The position numbers and the translations under genes are program-made. Of a DNA stretch of 64,000 nucleotides, positions 19,873-29,535 are shown piece by piece. Each line of letters begins with the position of its first letter. Positions within the stretch are counted from its first letter, which is position 1. The notes beneath the pieces were generated by a model. It did not search any database. It saw nothing but the letters and a program-made list of their open reading frames with translations, and was not told where the DNA came from. The stretch is from Candidatus Aphodoplasma sp. Lineage in GTDB: Bacteria; Bacillota; Clostridia; UBA1381; UMGS1253. The stretch is taken from the NCBI GenBank assembly GCA_045541115.1, contig JAZQIM010000021.1, positions 34,775 to 98,774 on the forward strand. The letters run 5' to 3'.

Positions 19873-19933
19873 ATATAAATAATGACCTGAATTTAACGAA
19901 TTTGGTGAGTCTCAAAAAGGAGATGATGCGAAA

Positions 19934-21271
19934 ATGGCATACAGTTTTAAAGGCGGACTTCATATAGAAGATAATAAAACAAATACAAATAGCTTGCCTA
20001 TATATGTTCTTGATGGCGTAAGTGAGCACGTATTTCCGTTGCAACAGCACATCGGCGCACCACTTAATCCTATAGTAGAGATTGGGAGTTATGTAAAGGT
20101 CGGCACAAAAATAGCTGATAGCGATGCTTTTATATCGGCGCCGATACATAGCTCTGTTTCGGGAACTGTTACGGCGATTGAAAAACGCCTTCATCCTAAT
20201 GGCGCGATGGTGCAAAGCATTATTGTTGCAAATGACGGACAATACCTTATAGACGAAAATGTGACTCCAAAAGGAGAATTATGCGACTTATCGCCGGAAG
20301 AAATCGTGAAAATTGTTCGTGAAGCGGGAATAGTCGGAATGGGAGGTGCGACTTTTCCTACGCACGTAAAGCTCTCGCCACCAAAAGATAAGAAAATAGA
20401 ATATGTAATTGTAAACGGAGCGGAGTGTGAGCCATATCTTACGAGTGACCACAGAGTGCTTCTTGAGATGCCGGATATGGTTTTATTTGGACTGCAAGTG
20501 GCAATGCGCGCGCTTGGACTTGATAAAGGACACATAGCGATAGAGCAAAATAAGCCCGATGCAATTTTACTTATAGAAGAAAAGCTTAAACAAGATGATT
20601 ATAAAGACATAAAGCTTTGCGAGCTTCGAACAAAATATCCGCAAGGCTCTGAAAAACAGCTTATACAGGCAATAACAGGCCGTGAGGTACCTTCAGGAGC
20701 GCTACCTGCAGATGTCGGCGTTGTAGTTATAAATGTTGATACGGCCGTTGCGATTGCAACAGCAATTAAAACCGGTATGCCGTCGATTCGAAGAATCGTT
20801 ACGGTATCGGGCGATGCCGTTTCAAAGCCGGCAAATTTCGAAGTAAGACTCGGCGTTAGTTTTTCGTATCTTTTTGAAAAGGCACAAGGCTTTATTAAAG
20901 AGCCTGAAAAGATTATTATGGGTGGACCTATGATGGGGCAGGCTCAGGAATCTACTGATGTGCCGGTAATAAAGGGGACTTCTGCACTGCTTGCTTTTAG
21001 CTCAGATATGGTAGTGTATGATGAAGATGATGCGTGCATACGTTGCGGTAAATGCGTAGAATCATGTCCGATGAAGCTGATGCCGTTATACCTTAATATG
21101 TATGCTCAGCATAGTGAGTGGGAAATGTGCGAAAAGTACAATGTCCTTGATTGCATTGAGTGCGGTGTATGCTCGTTTTTATGCCCCGGCAGACGTCATC
21201 CAGTGCAAAATATTCGCATTGCCAAGCAGAAGGTGCTTGAACTCAAACGCGAAAGGGACGCTCTAAAATAA
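19934..21271 (+). CDS. rnfC: Rnf electron transport complex subunit C
   Basis: GMGGATFPTHVKL. Two ferredoxin motifs, CIRCGKCVESCP and CIECGVCSFLCP. Confidence 0.95.
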   Translation: MAYSFKGGLHIEDNKTNTNSLPIYVLDGVSEHVFPLQQHIGAPLNPIVEIGSYVKVGTKIADSDAFISAPIHSSVSGTVTAIEKRLHPNGAMVQSIIVANDGQYLIDENVTPKGELCDLSPEEIVKIVREAGIVGMGGATFPTHVKLSPPKDKKIEYVIVNGAECEPYLTSDHRVLLEMPDMVLFGLQVAMRALGLDKGHIAIEQNKPDAILLIEEKLKQDDYKDIKLCELRTKYPQGSEKQLIQAITGREVPSGALPADVGVVVINVDTAVAIATAIKTGMPSIRRIVTVSGDAVSKPANFEVRLGVSFSYLFEKAQGFIKEPEKIIMGGPMMGQAQESTDVPVIKGTSALLAFSSDMVVYDEDDACIRCGKCVESCPMKLMPLYLNMYAQHSEWEMCEKYNVLDCIECGVCSFLCPGRRHPVQNIRIAKQKVLELKRERDALK

Positions 21272-21316
21272 AGATAAACCTGAGGGGAGGATGCAGAGCT
21301 TCTCTGCAATAATAAT

Positions 21317-22360
21317 ATGGCGGATAAAAAGTTTATGGTATCATCATCACCGCATATATCAACGTCAGAAAATACGAAAATGATAATGATAGATGTGATA
21401 ATTGCGCTCATACCTGTACTTATAGCAGGGTGGTTCTATTTTGGTGTACGAGCACTTGTCGTTACATTTTTAAGTGTTGCATCATGTGTGTTATCTGAAT
21501 ACATATATCAGTGCCTATATATTGGATTTCAAATCAAAAATAAAATGCATACGACTATGCGAGATGCATTAGAGAAAGCAAAGACAAAGACAGATATTGG
21601 CGATATGAGCGCCGTTGTTACGGGACTTATGCTTGCTTTTAGCTTGCCTGTTACAACGCCTTATCCGATGGTAATTATCGGCGCTATGTTTGCTATTATA
21701 ATTGTAAAACAGTTGTTTGGCGGAATCGGCAACAATTTCGTAAATCCTGCACTTGCAGCGCGCGCATTTATGCTTGCATCGTGGCCCGTTGCACTGACAA
21801 CGTATGTATCGCCCGTTATGAATTTTGCATCTTATGTATCATCTGCAGATGTGATGACAAGCGCAACTCCGCTCGCTCTTTTAAAAGAAGGCTTCGAGTC
21901 AAGCGCCGCGCCATCATTATATGATGCATTTTTAGGACGCATCGCCGGCTGTATTGGTGAAACGTCGACGATTCTTATAATAATGGGTGCGATATATCTT
22001 ATTGTAAGACGTGTAATCAGCGTAAGGATACCGCTTAGCTATCTTTTGAGTTTTGCGGTTTTGGTATTTTTCTTCGGTTCACATCCGTATGATCTAAAAT
22101 TTGTTATGTATCATTTGTGTACGGGCGGCGTGGTTTTTGCTTCAGTATTTATGGCAACTGACTACGTTACGACGCCTACAACAAAGATGGGACAGATGAT
22201 TTTTGGTGTGGGTTGCGGAATATTGACATTTGTAATACGACGATTCGGCGGATATCCCGAGGGAGCAACGTATGCGATACTACTTATGAATGTTTTGTCA
22301 CCGCTAATCGATAAATACATTCACCCGAGAAGATTTGGGGAGGTGTCAAAGCGTGGATAA
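21317..22360 (+). CDS. rnfD: Rnf complex subunit D
   Basis: Polytopic NqrB/RnfD family. TSATPL FMN-attachment region. Operon order. Confidence 0.9.
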   Translation: MADKKFMVSSSPHISTSENTKMIMIDVIIALIPVLIAGWFYFGVRALVVTFLSVASCVLSEYIYQCLYIGFQIKNKMHTTMRDALEKAKTKTDIGDMSAVVTGLMLAFSLPVTTPYPMVIIGAMFAIIIVKQLFGGIGNNFVNPALAARAFMLASWPVALTTYVSPVMNFASYVSSADVMTSATPLALLKEGFESSAAPSLYDAFLGRIAGCIGETSTILIIMGAIYLIVRRVISVRIPLSYLLSFAVLVFFFGSHPYDLKFVMYHLCTGGVVFASVFMATDYVTTPTTKMGQMIFGVGCGILTFVIRRFGGYPEGATYAILLMNVLSPLIDKYIHPRRFGEVSKRG

Positions 22361-22934
22361 TAATATTAAAAATATACTAAAATACGCTTTTGTGCTGTTC
22401 GTCATAACAGCAATCAGCGCATCGCTGCTTGCGGCGGTAAACATGCTGACAAAGGATATAATCGTGCATAATGCAGTTTTGGAAGAGCAAATAGCTGTAG
22501 AAGAAGTAATGGGATTTGATGCAAGCTTTATTTCTTTGGATCACGCGTCTGTAATGGGATATGGTGCAGAAGCAATATATATTGCAAAAAATAAGGAAGG
22601 CGAAGATGCAGGCATCTGTATAAAAGTGGCCAAGCACGGTTATGGCGGCGAGGTTATAAGTTTAATCGGACTTGATATGGATAATAAGGTTACCGGAATT
22701 TGCATTTTGTCACACTCTGAAACACCGGGACTCGGAGCGAAGTTTACTGATGAAAAATTCATAGATCAGTTTAAAGGAAAAGGCAGGGTAGACGTTGTAA
22801 AGGCCGGAGCAAAAGAAAATGAAGTAAACGCCGTATCGGGTGCTACGAAAAGCTCGAAGGCTCTTGCAGACAGCGTAAATCTGGCAGTTGAGATTGCAAC
22901 AAAAATCAAAGGAGAGGGGATATACTTACAATGA
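22353..22934 (+). CDS. rnfG: Rnf complex subunit G
   Basis: N-terminal anchor and SGATKSS FMN-binding motif. Start probably GTG 22353, 10 nt after GGGAGG; the track start is TTG 22335. Confidence 0.85.
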   Translation: MDNNIKNILKYAFVLFVITAISASLLAAVNMLTKDIIVHNAVLEEQIAVEEVMGFDASFISLDHASVMGYGAEAIYIAKNKEGEDAGICIKVAKHGYGGEVISLIGLDMDNKVTGICILSHSETPGLGAKFTDEKFIDQFKGKGRVDVVKAGAKENEVNAVSGATKSSKALADSVNLAVEIATKIKGEGIYLQ

Positions 22935-23554
22935 AAAATAAAAAGTATTTAGCCACTCTTTTAAATGGAATAATAACGGAAAATCCAACATTTGTTCAGC
23001 TTATAGGAATGTGTCCGACGCTCGCCGTAACGACAACACTTCAAAACGGCATTACCATGGGTATTGCGGCAACGCTTGTTCTTACAGCATCAAACGTTGT
23101 TATATCACTTTTAAGAAAACTTGTACCTGACAAGATACGAATTGCAGCGTATGTTGTAATAATTGCAAGCTTTGTGTCGGTTATTGATATGCTTCTCGAG
23201 GCGTATTTGCCTGAACTTGCAAAAAGCCTTGGAATATTTATTCCTCTTATCGTTGTAAACTGTATAATTCTTGCGCGTGCAGAGGCGTTTGCATCAAAAA
23301 ATTCGGTTGGCCTTGCAGCACTTGATGGACTTGGAATGGGAGCGGGCTTTACGGTTGCGCTTGCCATTATATCCTTTATCCGTGAGCTTCTCGGTTCGGG
23401 AAGTGTATGGGGAATAAATGTTATCGGTCAGGCACCTGCTATGACGATGTTTATACTTCCGCCCGGAGCATTTATAGTGCTCGGAATTGTAATAGGTATG
23501 ATACAGCTTATAACAAGGGTGATAAAAAACAAAAAAGGCGGTGATACACAATGA
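22931..23554 (+). CDS. rnfE: Rnf complex subunit E
   Basis: RnfE/NqrD polytopic family. ATGA overlap with rnfG. Confidence 0.9.
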   Translation: MKNKKYLATLLNGIITENPTFVQLIGMCPTLAVTTTLQNGITMGIAATLVLTASNVVISLLRKLVPDKIRIAAYVVIIASFVSVIDMLLEAYLPELAKSLGIFIPLIVVNCIILARAEAFASKNSVGLAALDGLGMGAGFTVALAIISFIRELLGSGSVWGINVIGQAPAMTMFILPPGAFIVLGIVIGMIQLITRVIKNKKGGDTQ

Positions 23555-24132
23555 TTGCGCAGCTTTTTACGATTTCACTTACCGCGATATTGATTGAAAA
23601 TTTTGTGCTCGTAAAATTTTTGGGAATATGTCCGTTTCTCGGCGTATCAAAGCGTGTAGATACCGCAGTCGGCATGGGATGCGCGGTTGCGTTTGTAATG
23701 ACTCTTGCATCGGCTATGACATATGCCGTGTGGACATATTTGCTTGTGCCATTTAAACTTGAATATTTACAGACGATAGCCTTTATACTTGTAATTGCCG
23801 TTTTAGTACAGTTTGTTGAGATGGTTTTGCAAAAAATGATGCCGTCACTTTATAATGCACTTGGTATATACCTTCCGCTTATTACGACAAACTGCGCTGT
23901 GCTTGGAGTTGCAATTTTAAACATTGACAACGGTTACAGCTTTATAAGCTCAATCGTTTACGGCTTTAGCGCAGCAGTCGGATTTACACTTGCGATTGTT
24001 ATTTTTGCAGGTGTGCGCGAGAGAATTAGATTCTCAAAAATACCGAAGTGTCTTGAAGGTTTTCCGATAGCACTAATCAGCGCAGGTCTTATTGCACTTG
24101 CGTTTATGGGCTTTTCGGGTTTTAAAATCTGA
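23551..24132 (+). CDS. rnfA: Rnf complex subunit A
   Basis: RnfA/NqrE polytopic family, paralogous to rnfE. ATGA overlap. Confidence 0.9.
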   Translation: MIAQLFTISLTAILIENFVLVKFLGICPFLGVSKRVDTAVGMGCAVAFVMTLASAMTYAVWTYLLVPFKLEYLQTIAFILVIAVLVQFVEMVLQKMMPSLYNALGIYLPLITTNCAVLGVAILNIDNGYSFISSIVYGFSAAVGFTLAIVIFAGVRERIRFSKIPKCLEGFPIALISAGLIALAFMGFSGFKI

Positions 24133-24187
24133 TGGCAGACGGTATAAAAATACTTCGGTGTATTTTTGAGATAAGGAGGGAATCGAT

Positions 24188-24973
24188 ATGCAGATAGTAA
24201 TAGCGTTTGCAATACTTGGTGGACTCGGAATCTTGTTTGGCGCATTACTCGGTTTTGCATCAAAGGTTTTTGCGGTTGAAAAAGATGAAAGAATAGATAA
24301 AATTGTTTCCTGCTTACCGGGGGCAAATTGCGGCGGATGCGGTTTTGCCGGTTGCGCTAACTTTGCGCAGGCTGTTGTAAATGGTGAGGTGCCATATTCA
24401 GCTTGTCCGGTGTGCAATGCAGATGCGAAAGAGCAGATTGCCTCGATTATGGGCGTGTCTGCTTCAGGTGATGACGACAAACAAATGTGTGCAGTAGTGC
24501 TTTGCCAAGGAGCGAGCGGTGTTGCAGAAGACAAATACATATATAACGGTATAGGTGACTGCAACGCAGCAGCAAGACTTCGTGGTGGACAGAAAAAATG
24601 TGCATACGCATGTCTTGGCTTTGGAAACTGTGTATCTGCGTGTGTGTTTGGAGCGATATCGATACAAAACGGCGTGGCAGTAGTTGACAAGGAAAAATGT
24701 ACGGCGTGCGGCCAGTGCGTAAAAGCGTGCCCGAAGCATGTAATAAAGCTTACTACAAAAACAGATAAACCGATTGTTATTTGCAGTTCGAAGGACAAGG
24801 GCGCTGCCGTTACAAAAGCGTGTCGCGTTGGATGTATTGGATGCGGGCTTTGTGTAAAGGAATGTCCGGTAGATGCGATTATATTAAAAGATAATATCGC
24901 TATAATTGACGATGAAAAATGTATCAATTGCGGTAGGTGCAAAGAAAAATGTCCGAGGGGCATTATAAAATAA
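24188..24973 (+). CDS. rnfB: Rnf complex subunit B
   Basis: N-terminal anchor, CGGCGFAGC cluster, then several CxxCxxCxxxCP ferredoxin motifs. Confidence 0.9.
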   Translation: MQIVIAFAILGGLGILFGALLGFASKVFAVEKDERIDKIVSCLPGANCGGCGFAGCANFAQAVVNGEVPYSACPVCNADAKEQIASIMGVSASGDDDKQMCAVVLCQGASGVAEDKYIYNGIGDCNAAARLRGGQKKCAYACLGFGNCVSACVFGAISIQNGVAVVDKEKCTACGQCVKACPKHVIKLTTKTDKPIVICSSKDKGAAVTKACRVGCIGCGLCVKECPVDAIILKDNIAIIDDEKCINCGRCKEKCPRGIIK

Positions 24974-24997
24974 GTTTTACTATAAGGAGACAATGAA

Positions 24998-25354
24998 ATG
25001 TATTTTTTTTCTGATATATTTAAACCTTTAAGATGGCATATTCTTGCGTGCGTGGTTGTATTTTTTATAATGCCCGCATTTGCATATGTTGTAGCGCCAC
25101 AGCTTGCGACTATGATTATGATGCTTTGCACAATTGCAAATTCGCTCGTAATACTGGCAACTACAATTATTCTTGCTATAAAAGAAGGTTTTAAGTGGTA
25201 CTATCCGCTTATTATAGTTGTTTTATATATAATGTCTACAAGTATATATCAAACGGATTTTATGATACCTAACGCGATTTCATATCTGATTCTTTCATAT
25301 TCAGCGCACATAATAGGATACATAATAAGTAAGCTTATTGAAAGAAATATGTAG
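24998..25354 (+). CDS. small integral membrane protein, function unknown
   Basis: 118 aa, 3-4 predicted TM helices, GGAG SD, followed by a hairpin plus T7 at ~25375-25413. Confidence 0.5.
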   Translation: MYFFSDIFKPLRWHILACVVVFFIMPAFAYVVAPQLATMIMMLCTIANSLVILATTIILAIKEGFKWYYPLIIVVLYIMSTSIYQTDFMIPNAISYLILSYSAHIIGYIISKLIERNM

Positions 25355-25484
25355 AATATAATTATAAAAACACATATCGGCTTAATCTTATCGATTGGGC
25401 CGATTTTTTTGTCGGTCATAGCACGGGTGTTCTTTACATATATTTTATAGAAAATGTTTTATAAAATATAGCGCAGGAAGGGCT

Positions 25485-26522
25485 ATGGGGGAAGAGATGA
25501 AGTTTTTTAAGAAAAACAGAGTATTTATATGTGTTATATGTGCGTGCCTTTTTAGTGTGACGGTGTGCTGCGCACTGGTATGTACGAATGTAAGTGCGCC
25601 GGTCGATGCGCAGGAGAGCTCGTACATAAAATGGTTTGAGTTTGATGCTACAAATCAGATTCTTACGTGCGCAATGAATAATGATATAGCCTCGAAAAAT
25701 GATGGGGGAGTAAATATAGACTGGATAGAAGTTATCGCCGTACTTGCGACGAAAAACGGCGGAAAATTAAGCTCGTGTAAAACCTCTGATGTAGATGAAG
25801 TATGTGGTAAAATGCGCGGGGGAAAAACGGCGGTAGAAATCAGCGGAAGTGAGAAGTACTATAATTACTACTACGAAGGCTATAGCGCGGCACTTGGCGG
25901 ACTTGTGGGGTATTATGAGATAGAAGAAGATGCGCCTGACGGGAGCAAGCAAATGACAAGAAAATACGGGCTAAAGGGATTTTCGCCGATTGCAAAGGGG
26001 TATGGATTTTCGCATTATGACGATTTTGGTGCAGGAAGGACATACGGCTTTGCCAGAAAGCACCTTGGTAACGATTTGATGGGCAGCGTAGGAACGCCGA
26101 TTATTGCAGTAGAGTCCGGTGTAGTGGAAGCGCTTGGCTGGAATATGTACGGTGGCTGGCGCATAGGCATACGCTCGCTTGACGGAATGCGCTATTATTA
26201 CTATGCACACCTTAGAAAAGACAGACCATATCACGCTTCGCTTTTTGTTGGCAAAACTGTCACGGCGGGCGATGTCATAGGTTATCTTGGCATGAGTGGC
26301 TACAGCACAAAGGAAAACACAAACAACATAAATGTGCCGCATTTGCATTTTGGACTTGAGCTTATATTTGATGAGTCTCAAAAAGAGTCGAACAATGAAA
26401 TATGGATTGATATGTATGAGTTTGTAGAGTTTTTAGAAAAGAACAAATCAAGTGTAATAAAGGATGAGAATAAAGAGTATAACAGGGTATATATGATGCG
26501 AGACCCTGCGGCATATGAATAG
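25485..26522 (+). CDS. M23 (LytM-type) metallopeptidase
   Basis: Signal/anchor. HLGNDL (HxxxD) and PHLHFGLE (HxH) zinc motifs. ATG 25497 is an alternative start. Confidence 0.8.
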   Translation: MGEEMKFFKKNRVFICVICACLFSVTVCCALVCTNVSAPVDAQESSYIKWFEFDATNQILTCAMNNDIASKNDGGVNIDWIEVIAVLATKNGGKLSSCKTSDVDEVCGKMRGGKTAVEISGSEKYYNYYYEGYSAALGGLVGYYEIEEDAPDGSKQMTRKYGLKGFSPIAKGYGFSHYDDFGAGRTYGFARKHLGNDLMGSVGTPIIAVESGVVEALGWNMYGGWRIGIRSLDGMRYYYYAHLRKDRPYHASLFVGKTVTAGDVIGYLGMSGYSTKENTNNINVPHLHFGLELIFDESQKESNNEIWIDMYEFVEFLEKNKSSVIKDENKEYNRVYMMRDPAAYE

Positions 26523-26528
26523 TAAGTT

Positions 26529-26556
26529 AAGCGATGGCGGATGCTATCGCTTTTTT
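26529..26556 (+). terminator. intrinsic terminator
   Basis: GCGATGGC / GCTATCGC stem followed by T6. Confidence 0.8.
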
Positions 26557-26586
26557 ACTTTATAGGAAACTGCGTTCCTATAAAGT
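26557..26586. promoter_or_regulatory. perfect 12-bp inverted repeat ACTTTATAGGAA-N6-TTCCTATAAAGT (operator-like)
   Basis: Read directly from the sequence. No U-tail on either strand. Half-site TTTATAGGAA recurs at 26729-26738. Confidence 0.4.
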
Positions 26587-26770
26587 AAAAAACTTTGATT
26601 ATATTGCCGTGCAAAATGCACATGGCTAAAAAAAGCGATATTGCTCCGCGTTTGTGCCAAAGGCGGTGCGGCAAAGCCGCTTTTTTTATAAAAAAATCGT
26701 GACAAAAGAGTGGAATTGTGCTATTGTATTTATAGGAAATGATTTAATACAGAAAAGAGGCGCGGCAGAT

Positions 26771-27340
26771 ATGAAAAAATACTTTATAACAAGACAAAGA
26801 AAAAATGAAATAAAAGATACTGTGATTGAGATAATGAAAAACAGCGCCGTAAAATCACTTCCCGTAAAGCTTAATGACATAATGAAAGCGTACAAAATCA
26901 GATGCATAAAAATGGACAAAATTACACCGCGCAGCTCGAAACATGCAGGCGATATAAATGATGACGGATATATAATAAAAAGCGGCGAGAGCTATGTTAT
27001 ATTTTATAATCCGACTCACACAAGAGCAAGAATTCGCTATACGCTTGCGTGCCAGTTGGCACATATATTTTTAGGACATATTTTAAAGGGCGCATCAGAT
27101 AAAAAGACCGATATCGAGGCTGCTTATTTTGCAGATGAGCTTTTAATGCCATTATCTGTACTTGACAGCTATGGCGCACGAAGTGCAGAAGATATTATGA
27201 GACGGTGCGACGTGTCATATACGGCGGCGAAAATTCGCCAAAGAGATTTTGTGCGCCGTGATAAATACAAAAAAGCAAACGGCGAGACACGCTACGATAT
27301 AAAGTTTTTAAATCAGTTTTTCTCGAGCGATGATAAATAA
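26771..27340 (+). CDS. ImmA/IrrE (DUF955)-like protein with degenerate zinc motif
   Basis: RIRYTLACQLAHIFLGH ... EAAYFADELLMP parallels the ImmA/IrrE RFTLAHELGHxxLH ... EANxFAxELLMP, but HExxH is CQxxH. Start set at ATG 26771, because the track start 26654 runs through a hairpin plus T7. Confidence 0.6.
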   Translation: MKKYFITRQRKNEIKDTVIEIMKNSAVKSLPVKLNDIMKAYKIRCIKMDKITPRSSKHAGDINDDGYIIKSGESYVIFYNPTHTRARIRYTLACQLAHIFLGHILKGASDKKTDIEAAYFADELLMPLSVLDSYGARSAEDIMRRCDVSYTAAKIRQRDFVRRDKYKKANGETRYDIKFLNQFFSSDDK

Positions 27341-27361
27341 GATTTATAAATCGGAGGATAT

Positions 27362-27529
27362 ATGATGTTTGAAAAGGTAATATATAAGCTGGTTTCATTT
27401 GACGGCGATTATGCTCTGCTTGTAAGTGAAGATGGCATTGAAAATAGAGTAGCAAGGGCACTTCTTCCGCCCGATGCAGACGAAGGCTCTAGAATAAAGT
27501 GGGAGAATTTTGAATACGAGACAATATAA
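27362..27529 (+). CDS. DUF3006-family small protein (55 aa; below the ORF-track cutoff)
   Basis: My translation: MMFEKVIYKLVSFDGDYALLVSEDGIENRVARALLPPDADEGSRIKWENFEYETI. It fits the DUF3006 pattern (FEGDyAvL ... LP..a.EG). GGAGGA SD lies upstream. Confidence 0.6.
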   Translation: MMFEKVIYKLVSFDGDYALLVSEDGIENRVARALLPPDADEGSRIKWENFEYETI

Positions 27530-27553
27530 AAAATACAGCAAGGAGATGAAATA

Positions 27554-28216
27554 ATGATAAAAGCATGTCTTTTTGATTTGGACGGAACACTTTTAGATAC
27601 GCTTACTACTATATCATATTACGGAAATCTTGCGCTTGAACGGTTTGGTTTTTCGCCGATCGAAAAGGAAAAATATAAGTATTTAATAGGCAATGGAGCA
27701 AAGATTTTAATTGATCGTATGTTAAAATATATCGATGCATATAGTGAGGAGATGTCACAAAAGGTGTATGCTTTTTATAACGAAAGCTATAATTCGGATA
27801 CGCTGCTTTACACAAAGCCGTATGACGGAATTGTAAATATGCTTTGTGACATAAAAAAGCGAAAGATTTTATCGGGCGTAATTTCAAACAAGCCTGATTT
27901 TGCGACACGCTCTGTAGTAAAAGAAATTTTTGACAAATCGCTTATTGACAGCGTTCGCGGCCAGGTAGACGGAGTGCCGATAAAGCCTAATATAGATGGT
28001 CCGCTTTTCGTGTTAAATGAGATGAAGGTTTTGCCGTCTGAAACGATTTATATAGGCGATTCCGGAGTCGACATGCAGACGGGCAAAAATCTTGGAGCAT
28101 TTACGATTGGAGTATCGTGGGGATTTCGCGATGAAAAAGAGCTAATCGAAAACGGCGCCGATTTGATAGTAAATAATCCGCATGAAATTGTTGAATATAT
28201 AGATAGCATAATATAA
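27554..28216 (+). CDS. HAD-superfamily hydrolase (phosphoglycolate phosphatase-like)
   Basis: LFDLDGTLLDT motif I, SNK motif, and GDSGVD motif IV. Confidence 0.8.
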   Translation: MIKACLFDLDGTLLDTLTTISYYGNLALERFGFSPIEKEKYKYLIGNGAKILIDRMLKYIDAYSEEMSQKVYAFYNESYNSDTLLYTKPYDGIVNMLCDIKKRKILSGVISNKPDFATRSVVKEIFDKSLIDSVRGQVDGVPIKPNIDGPLFVLNEMKVLPSETIYIGDSGVDMQTGKNLGAFTIGVSWGFRDEKELIENGADLIVNNPHEIVEYIDSII

Positions 28217-28250
28217 AAAAGGCAGAGCAAAATGCTCTGCCTTAATTTTT
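28215..28250. terminator. bidirectional intrinsic terminator
   Basis: GGCAGAGCA / TGCTCTGCC stem flanked by A- and T-runs. Confidence 0.85.
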
Positions 28251-28256
28251 GCTATA

Positions 28257-29321
28257 TTAAAGTGTAACTGTCCAGCCAAATGTATCTTCACATTTGCCCC
28301 ACTGAATTCCTGTGATTGTGTCGTAGAGCTTCTGGCTTACAGGTCCGATTTCGTTATTGTTGATTGTCATAACATCGTCTTTGAAGCGAAGCTTTCCAAC
28401 GGGAGAAATTACTGCAGCAGTACCTGTGCCGAAACATTCTTCGAGTGCGCCGCTCTTTTGTGCATCGATAAGCTCGTCAACAGATATTCTTCTTTCTTCA
28501 ACTTCATATCCCCAGCTTTTACATACGTTTATTACGGAGTTACGCGTAATTCCCGGAAGAATGCTGCCGTTAAGCATCGGTGTAACGATTTTTCCGTTAA
28601 TTTTAAAGAATATGTTCATTGCGCCGACTTCTTCGATATATTTTCTCTCCACTCCATCGAGCCAGAGAACCTGTGAGTATCCGTCGTCATGTGCTTTTAC
28701 CTGCGCAGCAAGGCTTGCAGCATAGTTGCCGCCTGTTTTTGCATATCCGATACCGCCTTTTACGGCTCTTACATAATCGTCTTCAATCCAGATTCCAACC
28801 GGAGCAAGTCCGCTTGCATAATATGCGCCGCTCGGCGAAAGGATTATGATGAATAAATATGTTTTTGACGGTGCAACGCCTAAAAATTCGTCTGTTGCGA
28901 TTACAAATGGTCTTATGTATAATGATGTACCGTCTTGTGTCGGAATCCAGTCCTCGTCAACTTTTACAAGCGCCTTTACAGCTTCCACAAAGTCTTCTTC
29001 AGGAATCTGAGGTATGCAAAGTCTTTCGTTTGAAGCGTTTGCGCGCTTTGCATTCATATCAGGGCGGAACAGTCTCGTTTTACCGTCTACGCCTTTATAT
29101 GCCTTTAAGCCTTCAAACATTTCCTGACCATAGTGAAATACCATTGCAGATGGTGCAAGTGATATATTCTGGTAGGGAACTATTCTTGCATCGTGCCAGC
29201 CTTTGCCTTCGGTATAATTCATTACAAACATATGGTCAGTTGCAATTTTACCGAAGCCAAGTTGTGTATCCGGTGATGGCTTTTGTTTTGGTGATGTAGT
29301 TTTTGTGATAGAAATATTCAT
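28257..29321 (-). CDS. ilvE: branched-chain amino acid aminotransferase
   Basis: Class IV aminotransferase blocks FEGLKAY, GGNYAASL, LPGITR. Start at ATG 29321 after AAGGAAG. Confidence 0.9.
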   Translation of the reverse strand: MNISITKTTSPKQKPSPDTQLGFGKIATDHMFVMNYTEGKGWHDARIVPYQNISLAPSAMVFHYGQEMFEGLKAYKGVDGKTRLFRPDMNAKRANASNERLCIPQIPEEDFVEAVKALVKVDEDWIPTQDGTSLYIRPFVIATDEFLGVAPSKTYLFIIILSPSGAYYASGLAPVGIWIEDDYVRAVKGGIGYAKTGGNYAASLAAQVKAHDDGYSQVLWLDGVERKYIEEVGAMNIFFKINGKIVTPMLNGSILPGITRNSVINVCKSWGYEVEERRISVDELIDAQKSGALEECFGTGTAAVISPVGKLRFKDDVMTINNNEIGPVSQKLYDTITGIQWGKCEDTFGWTVTL

Positions 29322-29478
29322 TACTATCAACTTCCTTTCATATCATAGATTTTAAAAATTTCCTTTTATATTATAACTAAAAATTTTTTATTTGTAAAGT
29401 GTTGATATAATAAAAACTGCGTTTGTTAAGCTCATTAAAAATTTAAAGCTAAAAACGTGTGAAATTGCGGGCAAATGT

Positions 29479-29507
29479 TTGACATATAGATAATCGTGGT
29501 GTATAAT
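29479..29507 (+). promoter_or_regulatory. consensus sigmaA promoter
   Basis: TTGACA, 17-nt spacer, TATAAT. Confidence 0.6.
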
Positions 29508-29535
29508 ATGAAACGTTGTAATTTAACAAAAAATT

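Noticed and set aside
24073-25131. 352-aa ORF antisense to rnfA/rnfB.
   Set aside because: It is a mirror-frame artefact opposite a strongly recognised Cys-rich gene. It has no SD and is low-complexity (His/Ser/Pro/Ala-rich).
26654-26770. N-terminal 39-codon extension of the ImmA-like ORF. Similar extended track N-termini occur for rbsC (to 13470), glmM (to 17719), addB (from 50324), the DUF5050 gene (from 8347) and the M16 peptidase (from 47965).
   Set aside because: The extensions start at GTG or TTG, or run through terminators, SD sequences or the upstream gene. In every case an internal ATG with a well-spaced GGAGG-type SD gives the family-typical N-terminus.
29331-29535. T-box or other leader riboswitch upstream of ilvE.
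   Set aside because: The ~200-nt divergent intergenic region is AT-rich and largely taken up by the SulP promoter. No T-box sequence or specifier-loop/antiterminator architecture was seen.
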